From: Burkholderiales bacterium | GTDB lineage: Bacteria; Pseudomonadota; Gammaproteobacteria; Burkholderiales; SG8-39 | Assembly: GCA_046160305.1 (NCBI GenBank) | Contig: JBJXGX010000272.1 | Coordinates: 1 to 64,000, forward strand | Length of the DNA stretch: 64,000 nt | Direction: 5' to 3' | Shown: positions 9,230 to 19,233 of the stretch, piece after piece | Position numbering within the stretch: the first letter of the stretch is position 1 | Layout of the letters: each line of letters opens with the position of its first letter | The notes under the pieces: model-generated | Databases searched by the model: none | Told to the model about the DNA's origin: nothing | What the model saw: only the letters and a program-made list of their open reading frames with translations | Program-made: the position numbers and the translations under genes

Positions 9230-11575
9230 ATGGCTGAGCGTCCGCAACAAAAGCACCCGCTGTCGCTGGAGGCGCTTCTGAGCGCCAATCGGGACCAGTT
9301 CGATAGTCTGTTCGAGCGCCAAATGAAGGTGGCGTTGCCGCCGCTGGTCCCGGCGCGCCGGCCCCGGTCGAAGTCCGATCCGGCGCCGGCATCGAAGGCC
9401 GCGCCGCCCGAGCGAGTAGAAGCGCGTGCGCCCGAACCGGCCGCGCCAATCAGCACCCCACGTTCAAACATCAAGGCCGAGCTGAACAGACGCTTCACGT
9501 TCTCCTGGGCGAGCGAGATTCTGGACCGCGAGATCCAGAACGGCCGCGCTATCGTGCGCTGCAAGCTCAAGGTCGGCGAGGACGCACGCGTAGAAGCCGG
9601 GTCCAGTCGCATCGGCGAGGACGAGGACCAGGAAGCCGCGGTGCAGCGCGCTTACGACGCTGCTCTGCAAAAATGCGCGGACCACTTCGCCGCAGGAACA
9701 CGCACAGGCAACGCGAGCGATCCACAACGCGCGTCCGCGCCGGCTGCGCTGGCCCCGGCCGAAGAAGCGCGCCAGGCCGCGGCACGGGCGCGGCCGCTCG
9801 ATGCCGTCTCGATTGACCAGGTCCAGACAGCGCTGATCAACACCTGCCAAGAGATGGCAAGCGTTTGGGCGCGTGGCGCGCCATCCAAGGGACTGCGCGA
9901 CGACCCGCGCGACCCAATCGGGCCGGCGCTCATCATCACTGACGCGCAAGGTCGAATGCTGGCCGGCGGCTTCGGTTCCTATGTCGCACACATGCTTGAG
10001 CAGCGGCTCGAGCAGCGCGACCTGCCGTTCGCGCCGGGCGACGTCCTGCTGCAAAGCGATCCGTACCTGTCAGGTGGCGCAGTGAGCCGCGCAAACGACT
10101 GGTTGGTCCTGGCGCCGGTGTTTGCGGGGGCCGATCTGGTGGGCTTCACGTCGATGGTCGCTCACGTCGCCGATGTGGGCGGGCCTACCGCCGGGAGCAC
10201 GCCGGTGAAAGCGCGCTCGGTCTTCGGCGAGGGCACCCGCATCCCGCCGATCAAGATTTTCGCCGCCGGCGTGCTCAACGAGCCCGCCCTGCAAGTGATC
10301 CTGAACAACAGTCGAACACCGCAGGCGAACCGGGCGGATCTGCTCGCCCTGGCGGCGGGTTGCCGCGCCGGCGGCGCGCAGGTGATGCGCATTTGCGAGC
10401 GTGTCGGTCGGGCGCGTTATCAGCAGGCGTGCGCCGCCCTGCTGGCCCGATCCAATCAGGCCATGCGCCTGCTCATTCGCGAGCGTATTCCTGAAGAGCC
10501 GCAATCATTCCAAGACCAAATCGATGACGACGGCTGCGGCAATGGACCGTTCAAACTGAAGCTCACCGTTTGGCGCGAAGGCGATCATGCCTACTTCGAT
10601 TGGACCGGCAGTTCGGCAGAGGCCCCTGGCCCGATCAACCTCAGCTTGCATGTCGGGCTGGCGAAGCTGTTCGCCGGGATGCTTTTGGCGCGCGATGCGG
10701 ATCCGTCAACCCATTGCAACGACGGGTTCCACGAGCTGATCCACATAACGCTGCCCAAGGGCACGATCGTCAATCCCGCGTTCCCCGCCGCGATCGGCCG
10801 CTGCGAGCAAGTGCTGGCGCGCCACTTCGAGGTATTGTCGAGCGCTCTTGGACGGCACCGGCCCGCGGACCTGATGGCGGCCGGTCATGGTACGGCGCCC
10901 TCGCTGCGCTTTGCCGGCACCGATGCGAACGGCGTGCCGTTTGCGCTGATCGAACGATTTGGCGGGCTTTCGGGGTTGCCGCCTTTGGGGCTGCCGCAAT
11001 TGGGTCCGCAGAGCGGTGGCGACAACGCTGGACGCTCCCGCCTGCCGATCGAATCGGTGGAGCGAGATTTTCCCGTGGTGATCGAAAGCTATGCCAGTAT
11101 TGCGGATACGGGCGGCGCCGGACTGCGCCCCGGCGCCAACGGCGTGGAGAGGATCTATCGCATGATCGCTGCGGGCGAAATTTCAATCCACGACGATCGG
11201 CATGCGTCACGCCCCTGCGGCATCAACGGTGGCAAGGCCGGTGCGTCGTCCGGGAAGTGGCGGGTGCGGCCGGATGGCACGCGTGAAACGTTGCCGTCCA
11301 AGGTCGAGCGCCTGGTGGTTGAGCTGGGTGAGCGGATCGTGTTCAGAACCGCCGGCGGGGGCGGCAGCGGCGATCCGTTGCAGCGTGACCCCGGGCTGGT
11401 GCGCCAGGATGTGCGCCGCAGGCTGTTGACAGTGGACGCGGCGGCCGCAGAATACGGGGTGGTGCTGAGTGGGTCGACGCTGGACATCGATGCGCGCGCG
11501 ACCCGCGAGATGCGCGATCAGTTTAAGCGCGGGCGCAAGCCCTTGGAGTTGTTCGACCACGGCGAGCCCCCGTAG
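9230..11575 (+). CDS. hyuB: hydantoinase B/oxoprolinase family (HyuB-type) subunit with an approximately 190-aa N-terminal extension
   Basis: The core from about residue 195 (VSIDQVQTALINTCQEMA...) is typical HyuB. The N-terminal 190 aa are Pro/Ala-rich plus a small folded-looking segment. The extension has coding-like GC3. Confidence 0.8.
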   Translation: MAERPQQKHPLSLEALLSANRDQFDSLFERQMKVALPPLVPARRPRSKSDPAPASKAAPPERVEARAPEPAAPISTPRSNIKAELNRRFTFSWASEILDREIQNGRAIVRCKLKVGEDARVEAGSSRIGEDEDQEAAVQRAYDAALQKCADHFAAGTRTGNASDPQRASAPAALAPAEEARQAAARARPLDAVSIDQVQTALINTCQEMASVWARGAPSKGLRDDPRDPIGPALIITDAQGRMLAGGFGSYVAHMLEQRLEQRDLPFAPGDVLLQSDPYLSGGAVSRANDWLVLAPVFAGADLVGFTSMVAHVADVGGPTAGSTPVKARSVFGEGTRIPPIKIFAAGVLNEPALQVILNNSRTPQANRADLLALAAGCRAGGAQVMRICERVGRARYQQACAALLARSNQAMRLLIRERIPEEPQSFQDQIDDDGCGNGPFKLKLTVWREGDHAYFDWTGSSAEAPGPINLSLHVGLAKLFAGMLLARDADPSTHCNDGFHELIHITLPKGTIVNPAFPAAIGRCEQVLARHFEVLSSALGRHRPADLMAAGHGTAPSLRFAGTDANGVPFALIERFGGLSGLPPLGLPQLGPQSGGDNAGRSRLPIESVERDFPVVIESYASIADTGGAGLRPGANGVERIYRMIAAGEISIHDDRHASRPCGINGGKAGASSGKWRVRPDGTRETLPSKVERLVVELGERIVFRTAGGGGSGDPLQRDPGLVRQDVRRRLLTVDAAAAEYGVVLSGSTLDIDARATREMRDQFKRGRKPLELFDHGEPP

Positions 11576-11641
11576 ACCAGCGCTCGGATGTGCAGCGCTG
11601 CGAACAAAGACGAGATAAGAACTCCTGACAGGAGAAAAAAA

Positions 11642-14458
11642 ATGGTGGAAATCTGGCTTGGCGTTCTCTTCACGGCGATCGTCGTCATCGCCATTTTTTA
11701 TGTCATCTCGATCTGGGTCTACAAGCGAGCCCCGGCCAACATGGGCTTTATCCGGACCGGTTTCATGGGCACCAAGATATGCCTGGGCAAGGGCGCCATG
11801 GTGTTCCCGGTGTTTCATGAAGTGTCGTGGATTTCGCTCGAAACGCTGAAGCTGATCGTCGATCGCTCGCACGAGCAGGCGGTGCTGACCGCCGACAAGA
11901 TCCGCATCGACGTGGTGAGTGAGCTGTATACGCACGTCGGGCGTACCGAAGAGGACCTGCTCACTGCCAGCCGCAGCCTGGGCGAGAAAACCTTCGACGG
12001 GGATGCGGTGCGCAACCTGCTGGAAGCAAAGGTCGTCGGCGCTGCGCGCAGCTATGCCGCCACCAAGACGCTGACCGAGCTGCACGAGAATCGTGATGCC
12101 TTCGCACAGGCGCTCAAGGAGGCAGTGCGGTCCAGCTTCCGCTCCAACGGTCTGGAGCTGGAAGAAGTCACCATCGTCACGTTGGAGCAAACGGACAAGA
12201 AGTACTTCGACGCGAGCAACATCTTCGACGCCGAAGGGCTGAAGATCATCACCGAGATCACCTCGGAGGCCCGGCGCAAGGTGCACGACACCGAGAAGCG
12301 CACCACGGTGGCGATCCGGCAGAAAGATCTGGACACGCAGCTCGAACTGCTTGAGATCGAGCGTCAAGAGGCGTTCGCACAAGCGGTGCAGGAGAAAGAG
12401 GTCGCCAACGAACAGGCGTTGCAACTGGGTCAGAAGCAAGTGTTCCTGCTCGATCAGCGGCGCGCGGTGGAGGAACGCGAGATCGCCAACGAAGTCGAGC
12501 TGGAACGCCAGCGGACCGCGCGCGAATTGGCCATGACCGAAGAGGCGAAAAAGCGCGAGCGGGCCGAGGTGCAGCGAGCGCTCGCGCTCGAGCAGGAAGA
12601 GCGCGACAAGCTGATTGCGCTGATCCAGAAAGCCCGCCAGGAAGAGCTCGCCAACATCGAGCGCAACCTCGCGCTGGAGAAAGCCGAAAAGGATCGCCAG
12701 ATCGCGCTCATCGGCAAGGCGAAAGAAGAAGAGTTCGCCGAGATCGATCGCAGCCTGAGCCGCGAGCGTGCAGAGAAGTCCCGGGCAATCGAGCTGTCCG
12801 CGCGCGAGCGCGAGCGCCGGGAAGCCGAGATCATCCACGAAACCGCGGTGCTCAAGGCGGAGGAGTCGGCGCGCGACGATCGCCACCAAGTGGCCGAAGC
12901 GACTTCGGTCAAGATCCGTGAGCGGGCGCTGGACACCAAGAAACGCGTGTTGCTCATCGACCAGGAAGAAGCCACCGCGGTCGCACAGCAAGACACGGTG
13001 GTCGCCGGGGAAAAGGCCAGGGCGCTGAGCGAGAAGCAGCGCATCCTGCTCGAGAAGCGGCTGGAAGTCGAGCAGGACGAAATCGCCAAGGAAATAACGA
13101 TCGAGCACGCCCGTATCGCCAAGGACGCCCAACTGATCGAAGCCTCCATGGCTCGTGAAGCGGCCGAGATTCGCCGGCAGCTCGCGCGCGAAACCGAGGA
13201 GCGCGAACGTGAGATTGCCCTGGTAGGCAAGGCAGGTGAACTGGAACGTGCCGAGATTCGGCGTCAGCTTTCCCGCGAGTCCGAGGAGCGTGACCGGCAG
13301 ATCGCGCTGGTCGGCAAGCAGGAAGAGCTCGAACGCGCCGAATTGCATCAGCGCACGGCGATTGCGCTGGAACAGCAAGACGGGGAGATACGCATCATCT
13401 CCAAGGAACAGGAACGCGAGCGGGCCGACATCCAGCGTTTCCTCGCGCGCGAGAAAGAAGAGCGCGATCGCGAAATCGCGTTGGTCCAGAAGACGCGCGA
13501 ATTGGAAAAAGCCGAAATCGAGCGCCTGCACACCACCGCCGAGAAAGCCAAAGCTGAGCATCGGACCGGCGCCGTGCGCGTGATCGCCGAGGCCGAGCAG
13601 GACAAGGCCGTCGAGCTGATCCGCGCCGAAAAAACGGCAGGCGCTTCGCGCATCGCCGAAGAAGCCCAGGCGGAAGTGGCCTCCATGCATATGGTGAGCG
13701 ACGCCGAGGCGCGCATGAACGCCGCTGAGCACGAATCCAAGGCCATTCTCATCCGCGCCAAGGCCAACAGCGAAGCGCAAACGATATCGGCGGCCGGCAT
13801 CAAGGAGGAGGCCGCAGCGCGCGGCCGCGCCGAAGCCGAAGTGGAAGGTCTGCGCGTGCAGAACACCCTGCGCATGCTGGAGGCCGAAGCGGGCGGCATG
13901 GAAGCCAAAGCCGCCGCATTGATGAAATACAACGACGCGGCGATGTTCCTCGAGCTGTCCAAGCTGCACATCGAAGCCGAGCGCGACGTGCACATCGATC
14001 AGGCCAAGGCGATGGGCAATGCGCTGTCGCAGGCGCAGATCCGCATGTACGGCGGTGGCAGCGACGGTACCGTCGACACCATCCGCAACATGTTCACCTC
14101 CGGTTTTGCGATCGGCGAAGTGCTCGAAGGCGTCGCCCAATCCCTTCCGGCGGGCCTGCGCGACCGGTTCGCCAACAACGGCATTCGCGGGATCTTCGGG
14201 CGGCCCGGGCGCGGTGGTCAGTTCCGCGAAATGGCGAACCAACTCATGCAACAGGTGCGCGAGCACTTCAAGACCGATAAATCCCGGCAGGTGCCGTTTG
14301 CCGAGGCCTTGGCATTGCTCGAAGCGAAAGCCACCACGGAGGCGCAGTCGCAGGCGCTCAACCTGCTGCGGGATGCCAACGAGGGTGGCGTGTTCAACGA
14401 GGTGCCGTTCAATCAGGTGTGGACGTTGCTGCAGGCCACGGCGAAAGCGGCCGATTGA
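11642..14458 (+). CDS. flotillin-like SPFH/band-7 family protein (YqiK type) with a greatly expanded coiled-coil repeat region
   Basis: ATG at 11642 with AGGAG RBS. An N-terminal TM helix, an SPFH domain, then about 330 aa of approximately 29-aa tandem repeats (R-E-x-E-E-R-D-[RK]-x-I-A-L-[IV]-x-K). Total 938 aa versus about 550 aa for typical YqiK. Confidence 0.8.
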   Translation: MVEIWLGVLFTAIVVIAIFYVISIWVYKRAPANMGFIRTGFMGTKICLGKGAMVFPVFHEVSWISLETLKLIVDRSHEQAVLTADKIRIDVVSELYTHVGRTEEDLLTASRSLGEKTFDGDAVRNLLEAKVVGAARSYAATKTLTELHENRDAFAQALKEAVRSSFRSNGLELEEVTIVTLEQTDKKYFDASNIFDAEGLKIITEITSEARRKVHDTEKRTTVAIRQKDLDTQLELLEIERQEAFAQAVQEKEVANEQALQLGQKQVFLLDQRRAVEEREIANEVELERQRTARELAMTEEAKKRERAEVQRALALEQEERDKLIALIQKARQEELANIERNLALEKAEKDRQIALIGKAKEEEFAEIDRSLSRERAEKSRAIELSARERERREAEIIHETAVLKAEESARDDRHQVAEATSVKIRERALDTKKRVLLIDQEEATAVAQQDTVVAGEKARALSEKQRILLEKRLEVEQDEIAKEITIEHARIAKDAQLIEASMAREAAEIRRQLARETEEREREIALVGKAGELERAEIRRQLSRESEERDRQIALVGKQEELERAELHQRTAIALEQQDGEIRIISKEQERERADIQRFLAREKEERDREIALVQKTRELEKAEIERLHTTAEKAKAEHRTGAVRVIAEAEQDKAVELIRAEKTAGASRIAEEAQAEVASMHMVSDAEARMNAAEHESKAILIRAKANSEAQTISAAGIKEEAAARGRAEAEVEGLRVQNTLRMLEAEAGGMEAKAAALMKYNDAAMFLELSKLHIEAERDVHIDQAKAMGNALSQAQIRMYGGGSDGTVDTIRNMFTSGFAIGEVLEGVAQSLPAGLRDRFANNGIRGIFGRPGRGGQFREMANQLMQQVREHFKTDKSRQVPFAEALALLEAKATTEAQSQALNLLRDANEGGVFNEVPFNQVWTLLQATAKAAD

Positions 14459-14488
14459 CTTGGCTAGTCTGGTTTAGGGAGCAGGGTC

Positions 14489-15604
14489 GTGGCGGACTAT
14501 GACGTCGTGTTGCAGGGCGTCGAGAAGATCTTTCAAGGGGGCGCCCGCGCGGTGATCGATTTCAACGCCGAGATCGAACACGGCGAATTTGTCGCGATGC
14601 TCGGGCCCTCGGGCTGCGGCAAGACCACCACCTTGCGCATGATCGGCGGCCTGGAAGAGGTTACGTCGGGCAAGATCTTCATCAAGGGCGAGGACGTCAC
14701 CGATCTGCCCCCCTCCAAGCGCGACACCGCGATGATGTTCCAGAGTTTCGCGTTGTTCCCGCACCGCAATGTCTTTCAGAACGTCGAGTTCAGCCTGAAG
14801 ATGAAAGGCCTCGACAAGGACACGCGCGCGCCAAAGGTCTGGGAGATGATCGACATGGTCGGCCTGAAAGACTTCGCGATGCGCCGGCCGGCGGAGCTAA
14901 GCGGCGGCCAGCAGCAGCGCGTTGCGCTGGCCCGCGCGCTCATCAGCAATCCCACCGTGCTCCTGCTCGACGAGCCCCTGGGCGCGCTCGACTATTCGCT
15001 GCGCCAGACGATGATGATCGAGCTCAAACGTATCCAGCGCGACCTGGCCCTCACCTTCATCATGGTCACGCACTCGCAGCAAGAGGCGATGGCCATGGCC
15101 GACAAGGTCATCGTGATGAGCGATGCGGTCATCCAGCAGATCGGGACGTCGCGCCAGATCGCCGAACGCCCGCGGACCAAGTTCGTGGCCGAGTTTATCG
15201 GCAACAACAATCTGTTCAGTGGCGTCGTCAGGTCACACAGCGGTTCGATCGTGATCATCGAGTCGGGCAAGGATTTCTTCTACGTCAAGGTGTTGGACGA
15301 ACGCCGCCGGATCGATGTGGGTACCAAGGTCGACTTCTCGGTGCGCGCCGATCTGATGCATGCGGGGCGCCAAACCGACATGGCCAATAGCGTCGAGGGC
15401 ACGTACGTCAATACCCAATACCTGGGCACCTTGGAGACTGACGTCTTTGAGATTGCTCCGCGGCACTATGTTTCGGTCGAGCAGCACCGAAAGCATTCCG
15501 ACCGTGAGCGAACGCCCGGTGAGAAGCAGGTCATCAGTTGGGCGGCCGATGCGTGCATCCTGCTGGAGCCGTCCCGCTCCAGCCGGTCGGCGTCGACTCT
15601 TTGA
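14489..15604 (+). CDS. ABC transporter ATP-binding protein (PotA/MalK-like)
   Basis: GTG start. Walker A GPSGCGKTT, signature LSGGQQQRV and Walker B LLLDEP are present. Convergent to the permease genes. Confidence 0.85.
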   Translation: MADYDVVLQGVEKIFQGGARAVIDFNAEIEHGEFVAMLGPSGCGKTTTLRMIGGLEEVTSGKIFIKGEDVTDLPPSKRDTAMMFQSFALFPHRNVFQNVEFSLKMKGLDKDTRAPKVWEMIDMVGLKDFAMRRPAELSGGQQQRVALARALISNPTVLLLDEPLGALDYSLRQTMMIELKRIQRDLALTFIMVTHSQQEAMAMADKVIVMSDAVIQQIGTSRQIAERPRTKFVAEFIGNNNLFSGVVRSHSGSIVIIESGKDFFYVKVLDERRRIDVGTKVDFSVRADLMHAGRQTDMANSVEGTYVNTQYLGTLETDVFEIAPRHYVSVEQHRKHSDRERTPGEKQVISWAADACILLEPSRSSRSASTL

Positions 15605-15666
15605 CCGCCCGAAAGGCAAGCTCGCAGACGAACGATCCGCTGCGCGCAACGGGCCGGCGCCAGCCC

Positions 15667-15708
15667 GACGCCTGACGCCTGACGCCTAACGCCTAACGCC
15701 TAACGCAA
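15667..15708. repeat. heptanucleotide microsatellite (GACGCCT/AACGCCT x about 6)
   Basis: Direct reading: gacgcct gacgcct gacgcct aacgcct aacgcct aacgcaa. It lies in the 95-bp convergent gap between the ABC ATPase and permease genes and overlaps the permease stop codon. Confidence 0.7.
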
Positions 15709-16527
15709 CCGCCGCATCAAGATGCTGTAGATGATCAAGAATAGCCCGATCATCAGCAACGAAAACAGCGTCGACAGCGTTCCCAGCGCAAACAACGTGG
15801 GTCGAATGCGTTCGGTCATCGAAGCGTTGATGTCGAGCGGAAGCGTATTGGATTCTCCAGATAAGAGCGTCGTCCGCGCGAACTCGTCATAGGACAACGT
15901 GAACCCGAACAACCCTGCCGCCACGATGCCCGGCAGGATGAGCGGAAACGTGATCTCCTTGAATACGACCCACTCGTTGGCCCCCATGTCGCGTGCCGCT
16001 TCTTCGAGTCGGGAGTCGAAGCGGTTGAACACCGCCATCATGACCAGATAACCGAACGGCAGCGCCCACACCACGTGCACGGCAAGCGCCGACGTATACC
16101 AGTTGGGCGACAGCCCTAGCTGGCGCATCAGCGTAGCGAGACCCAAGCTGAGCAGCACACCAGGTACCATCAAGCCGGCCAGGATCGTATAGAACATCGC
16201 ATTGGAGAACCGGAACGGCTTGCGAAAGGCCATCGCCAGCATGGTCGAGAGCAACGCAGTGATCACCGTCACCATCAGCGCCAGCACGATCGACCGGCCC
16301 ATCGCGCCTTGCATATCACCGACCGTGGAGGGCTCGAGCAGCTGGTTCCACCAGTGCAGACTCCAGCCTCGCATCGGGAAGCTCGTCCCGCCGCGCGGCC
16401 CTTGGAACGACAGAACGAACATCGCGAACATCGGACCATAGATAAAAATCAAGAACAGAACGAAGTAGAGCGAGTACCCGGTCTTCACCCGCAGCTTGCG
16501 GCGTCTCTCGGGGGTCGAGCGGGCCAT
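15700..16527 (-). CDS. ABC transporter permease (PotC-like)
   Basis: 275 aa, 6 TM, with the EAA-like loop motif of the BPD_transp_1 family. Confidence 0.8.
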   Translation of the reverse strand: MARSTPERRRKLRVKTGYSLYFVLFLIFIYGPMFAMFVLSFQGPRGGTSFPMRGWSLHWWNQLLEPSTVGDMQGAMGRSIVLALMVTVITALLSTMLAMAFRKPFRFSNAMFYTILAGLMVPGVLLSLGLATLMRQLGLSPNWYTSALAVHVVWALPFGYLVMMAVFNRFDSRLEEAARDMGANEWVVFKEITFPLILPGIVAAGLFGFTLSYDEFARTTLLSGESNTLPLDINASMTERIRPTLFALGTLSTLFSLLMIGLFLIIYSILMRRLR

Positions 16528-16530
16528 CGT

Positions 16531-17511
16531 CTACAGCTCCTTCCGAATGTCCACGAGGCGCAGAATGATGATGATGCCGACCACCATGGCCACCATGAGC
16601 ATCAACGCGTTGACCGCCGCGAACGGATAGTTCGCCGTGCCGTAGTAGCTCAGGATGACCGTGCCGGCGGTGCTGGTCTTGCCGCCGTACACCACCACCG
16701 CGGTGGCAAACTCACCCATCATCATCACGAAGACGAAAATCATGCCGATGGCCACGCCGGGCAGCGACATCGGCGCGATGATTTCGCGAAAGATTTGAAA
16801 CGGCGTGGCGCCCATGTCGGTCGCCGCCTCGATGATCTCCTTGGGTATCTTGGCGAGAGAGAAAAAGATCGGCCCGATGCCAAGCACCACGTAAAGCTGA
16901 ACCAGTGCGGTCACATAGCCGAACTCGGAATAGAGCAGGAAGTTCGCCGGCTCGTCGAGGATCCCCATGCCCATCAACGCTTGGTTGATGAGCCCTTGCC
17001 TGCCTAACATCGGCAACCAGGCGACGGCGCGAATCAGATAGCTGGTCCAGAAGGGCACCATGCAAAGTAGGAACAATGCGAGCTGCCATTTGAAATCCTT
17101 CACCTGCATCGCCAGAAAGTAGGCGATCGGATAGCCGATCAACAAGCAGAGCACCATCACCAGCAGCGTGTAGTAGATGGTCGCGCCCAAAGCGCGCAGG
17201 AAAACGCTTGGCTTCAGGAAGTCTTTGTGCTCGTTATCGAAGAACCCGGTGACGCTGAAATAGTCGCCGTAGTACTTCAACGTCAGATCGGGCACCATGC
17301 CCTGGTCGGCCATCGACCAGAAACTGAACACGATGATCGAGGCGAGCGGCACCACTAGGAACAGCACCAACCAGACCGTTGCCGGCGCGATCAACCAGGC
17401 CGTCGAGAAACCTTTCTCGGGCCGGATGACTTTGGCGCGTAGCGCGGCCTCGTCTGGCACCGGCTGAGTGCCGATCAAGCCGGGGTGGAAGCGGTTGGCG
17501 AAGTCGGTCAT
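16531..17511 (-). CDS. ABC transporter permease (PotB-like)
   Basis: 326 aa polytopic permease. Abuts the next permease with a 3-nt gap. Confidence 0.8.
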   Translation of the reverse strand: MTDFANRFHPGLIGTQPVPDEAALRAKVIRPEKGFSTAWLIAPATVWLVLFLVVPLASIIVFSFWSMADQGMVPDLTLKYYGDYFSVTGFFDNEHKDFLKPSVFLRALGATIYYTLLVMVLCLLIGYPIAYFLAMQVKDFKWQLALFLLCMVPFWTSYLIRAVAWLPMLGRQGLINQALMGMGILDEPANFLLYSEFGYVTALVQLYVVLGIGPIFFSLAKIPKEIIEAATDMGATPFQIFREIIAPMSLPGVAIGMIFVFVMMMGEFATAVVVYGGKTSTAGTVILSYYGTANYPFAAVNALMLMVAMVVGIIIILRLVDIRKEL

Positions 17512-17695
17512 TCGAGGCTAGAGAGAAACCGGTACGGCAAGTAGCGCTTTCCCATACATCGGGGGTGCACGAGGGGGCAGCGAAGCGGTCGCCCCCTCGT
17601 AGCGTAACAACTAGCTACACGCTTGGCGCCCAATAAGCATCGGGGCCGGTATGGTCACGGCCACACCGACCCCGAGCGGCTTGCATGATGTGCGA

Positions 17696-18979
17696 CTAGG
17701 CGTTCAGGAATTCGGTCCAGCGCTTGACCAGGTAGTCGTTCTCGTCCATCAGCGAATTCCAAACCGCGATGCTCTTGAAGCGCTGCTCATACGATCCGCC
17801 ATCGCGCACCGCGCCTTTTTCGATCAGTTTGTTGCCGAACGGATCGTTCAAGTTGCTGGCGGCCGGCTTGCCCTCGTACCAGAATTCCCATTCCCCCGGT
17901 GAGAGCCCCGCCTTGACGTTCTGCGGAGCGGACATGTAGTAGCCCTGGCGCGCAACGAACGCGCCCGGCCAGCCGGTGAGCCACCAGTTGATGTACTCGT
18001 AGGCTTGGTCCAACTGCCTGCCCTTCAGCTTGGCGGAAATCGCGATCGCACCATGCCAGCCGCGCATGCCTTCCTTCGGCGCGGCGTATATGCACTTCAC
18101 GCCTTCGGCATTGACCGCGGTGACCGCCGGCGACCACATCGACTGCAACACCACCTCGCCACTGGTCATCAGGTTCACTGACTGGCCGAACGACTCCCAG
18201 AACGCGCGGAAGTGCCCTTCCTTCTTCTTCTTGATCAGGAAATCGACCAGGAAATCGATCTCCTGCTTGGTCATGTTGCCCTTGTCTTTGAACTTGATGA
18301 GGCCCAGCGCTTCAACGCCCATGGCCGCGTCCATCGCGCCGATTTGGGGAACGTTGATCAACGCCACGCGGCCCTTGAAGTCCGGTGAAAAGAGTTCGGC
18401 CCAGCTATTGATGTCACGCTTGGTGTTCTTCGGCGTGTAGCCGAGCGAGTCTGCGTTGTGCCAGGTGGGCATCGCAGAAATGTACTGGGACGGGCCCTTG
18501 GTAGGTTTGCCGTTCTGATCCACCCACAGCTTGAGGTACGGTGCATCGCCATCGCCGACCGACGACCCCTCGGTCAGCTTGCCGGTCTTGGTGAGGTTGG
18601 AGACCTTGCCCCAATCCTTGATGCGCTTGGTATCGATCGGCTGGAACACACCGGCCGGAATCATTACGTCGAACATGTCGAAGTAGCACTCTGACACTTC
18701 GTACTGATCGTTCTGGTTCAGCGTCTTGCTGAATAACTGGGTATAGCTAAGCGCCTGACCGCGTACCGGGAACTTGAGGTCTTTGGATGCCCGGCCCTGG
18801 AGCTCATTGATGATGCTCACGCCGAGGCCGATGGTCCGGATGGGATTATTGGCCTGGGCTTGAACGATCGCCGGAAACCCGGCAATCGCGCCGGTCGCCG
18901 CGATGCCCGCGGCGCCCGCCACGAATTGCCGCCGCGTCACGCCTTCAACTGCAGAAGAATCAGTGTTCTGTTCAGCCAT
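17696..18979 (-). CDS. periplasmic substrate-binding protein (PotD / family-1 SBP) with Tat signal
   Basis: Start chosen at MAEQNT... with AAGGAG RBS. Twin-arginine motif TRRQFVAGAAG. The upstream 45 codons of the table ORF have no RBS. Confidence 0.8.
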   Translation of the reverse strand: MAEQNTDSSAVEGVTRRQFVAGAAGIAATGAIAGFPAIVQAQANNPIRTIGLGVSIINELQGRASKDLKFPVRGQALSYTQLFSKTLNQNDQYEVSECYFDMFDVMIPAGVFQPIDTKRIKDWGKVSNLTKTGKLTEGSSVGDGDAPYLKLWVDQNGKPTKGPSQYISAMPTWHNADSLGYTPKNTKRDINSWAELFSPDFKGRVALINVPQIGAMDAAMGVEALGLIKFKDKGNMTKQEIDFLVDFLIKKKKEGHFRAFWESFGQSVNLMTSGEVVLQSMWSPAVTAVNAEGVKCIYAAPKEGMRGWHGAIAISAKLKGRQLDQAYEYINWWLTGWPGAFVARQGYYMSAPQNVKAGLSPGEWEFWYEGKPAASNLNDPFGNKLIEKGAVRDGGSYEQRFKSIAVWNSLMDENDYLVKRWTEFLNA

Positions 18980-19233
18980 CTCGCGCTCCTTTGGTTGCGG
19001 TTCTGCCTGGCAGCTCCAGATTGATTGACTACGCGCATCGGCGCAAGCGCCTGGAACCTGCAACTCAGGCAACTCGGTGCCGCTCTTATTTGGCCGGCTG
19101 GCCCAACGGCTCATTCAAATACAGCATAAGCTCAAAATCGCGGGTAGCGCAAGCGCTGGGGGTACCGTCACTTCGGACACCTTCTAGACCGGCACGCGCA
19201 CCCGGTTCGCGCCGCGGCGGTTAGCTGTTCGCG

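Noticed and set aside
11207-14266. 1019-aa minus-strand ORF antisense to the flotillin gene
   Set aside because: It is a low-complexity (Ala/Gly/Leu/Arg-rich) mirror of a repetitive high-GC coiled-coil gene, with no RBS or domain. It is a classic shadow ORF.
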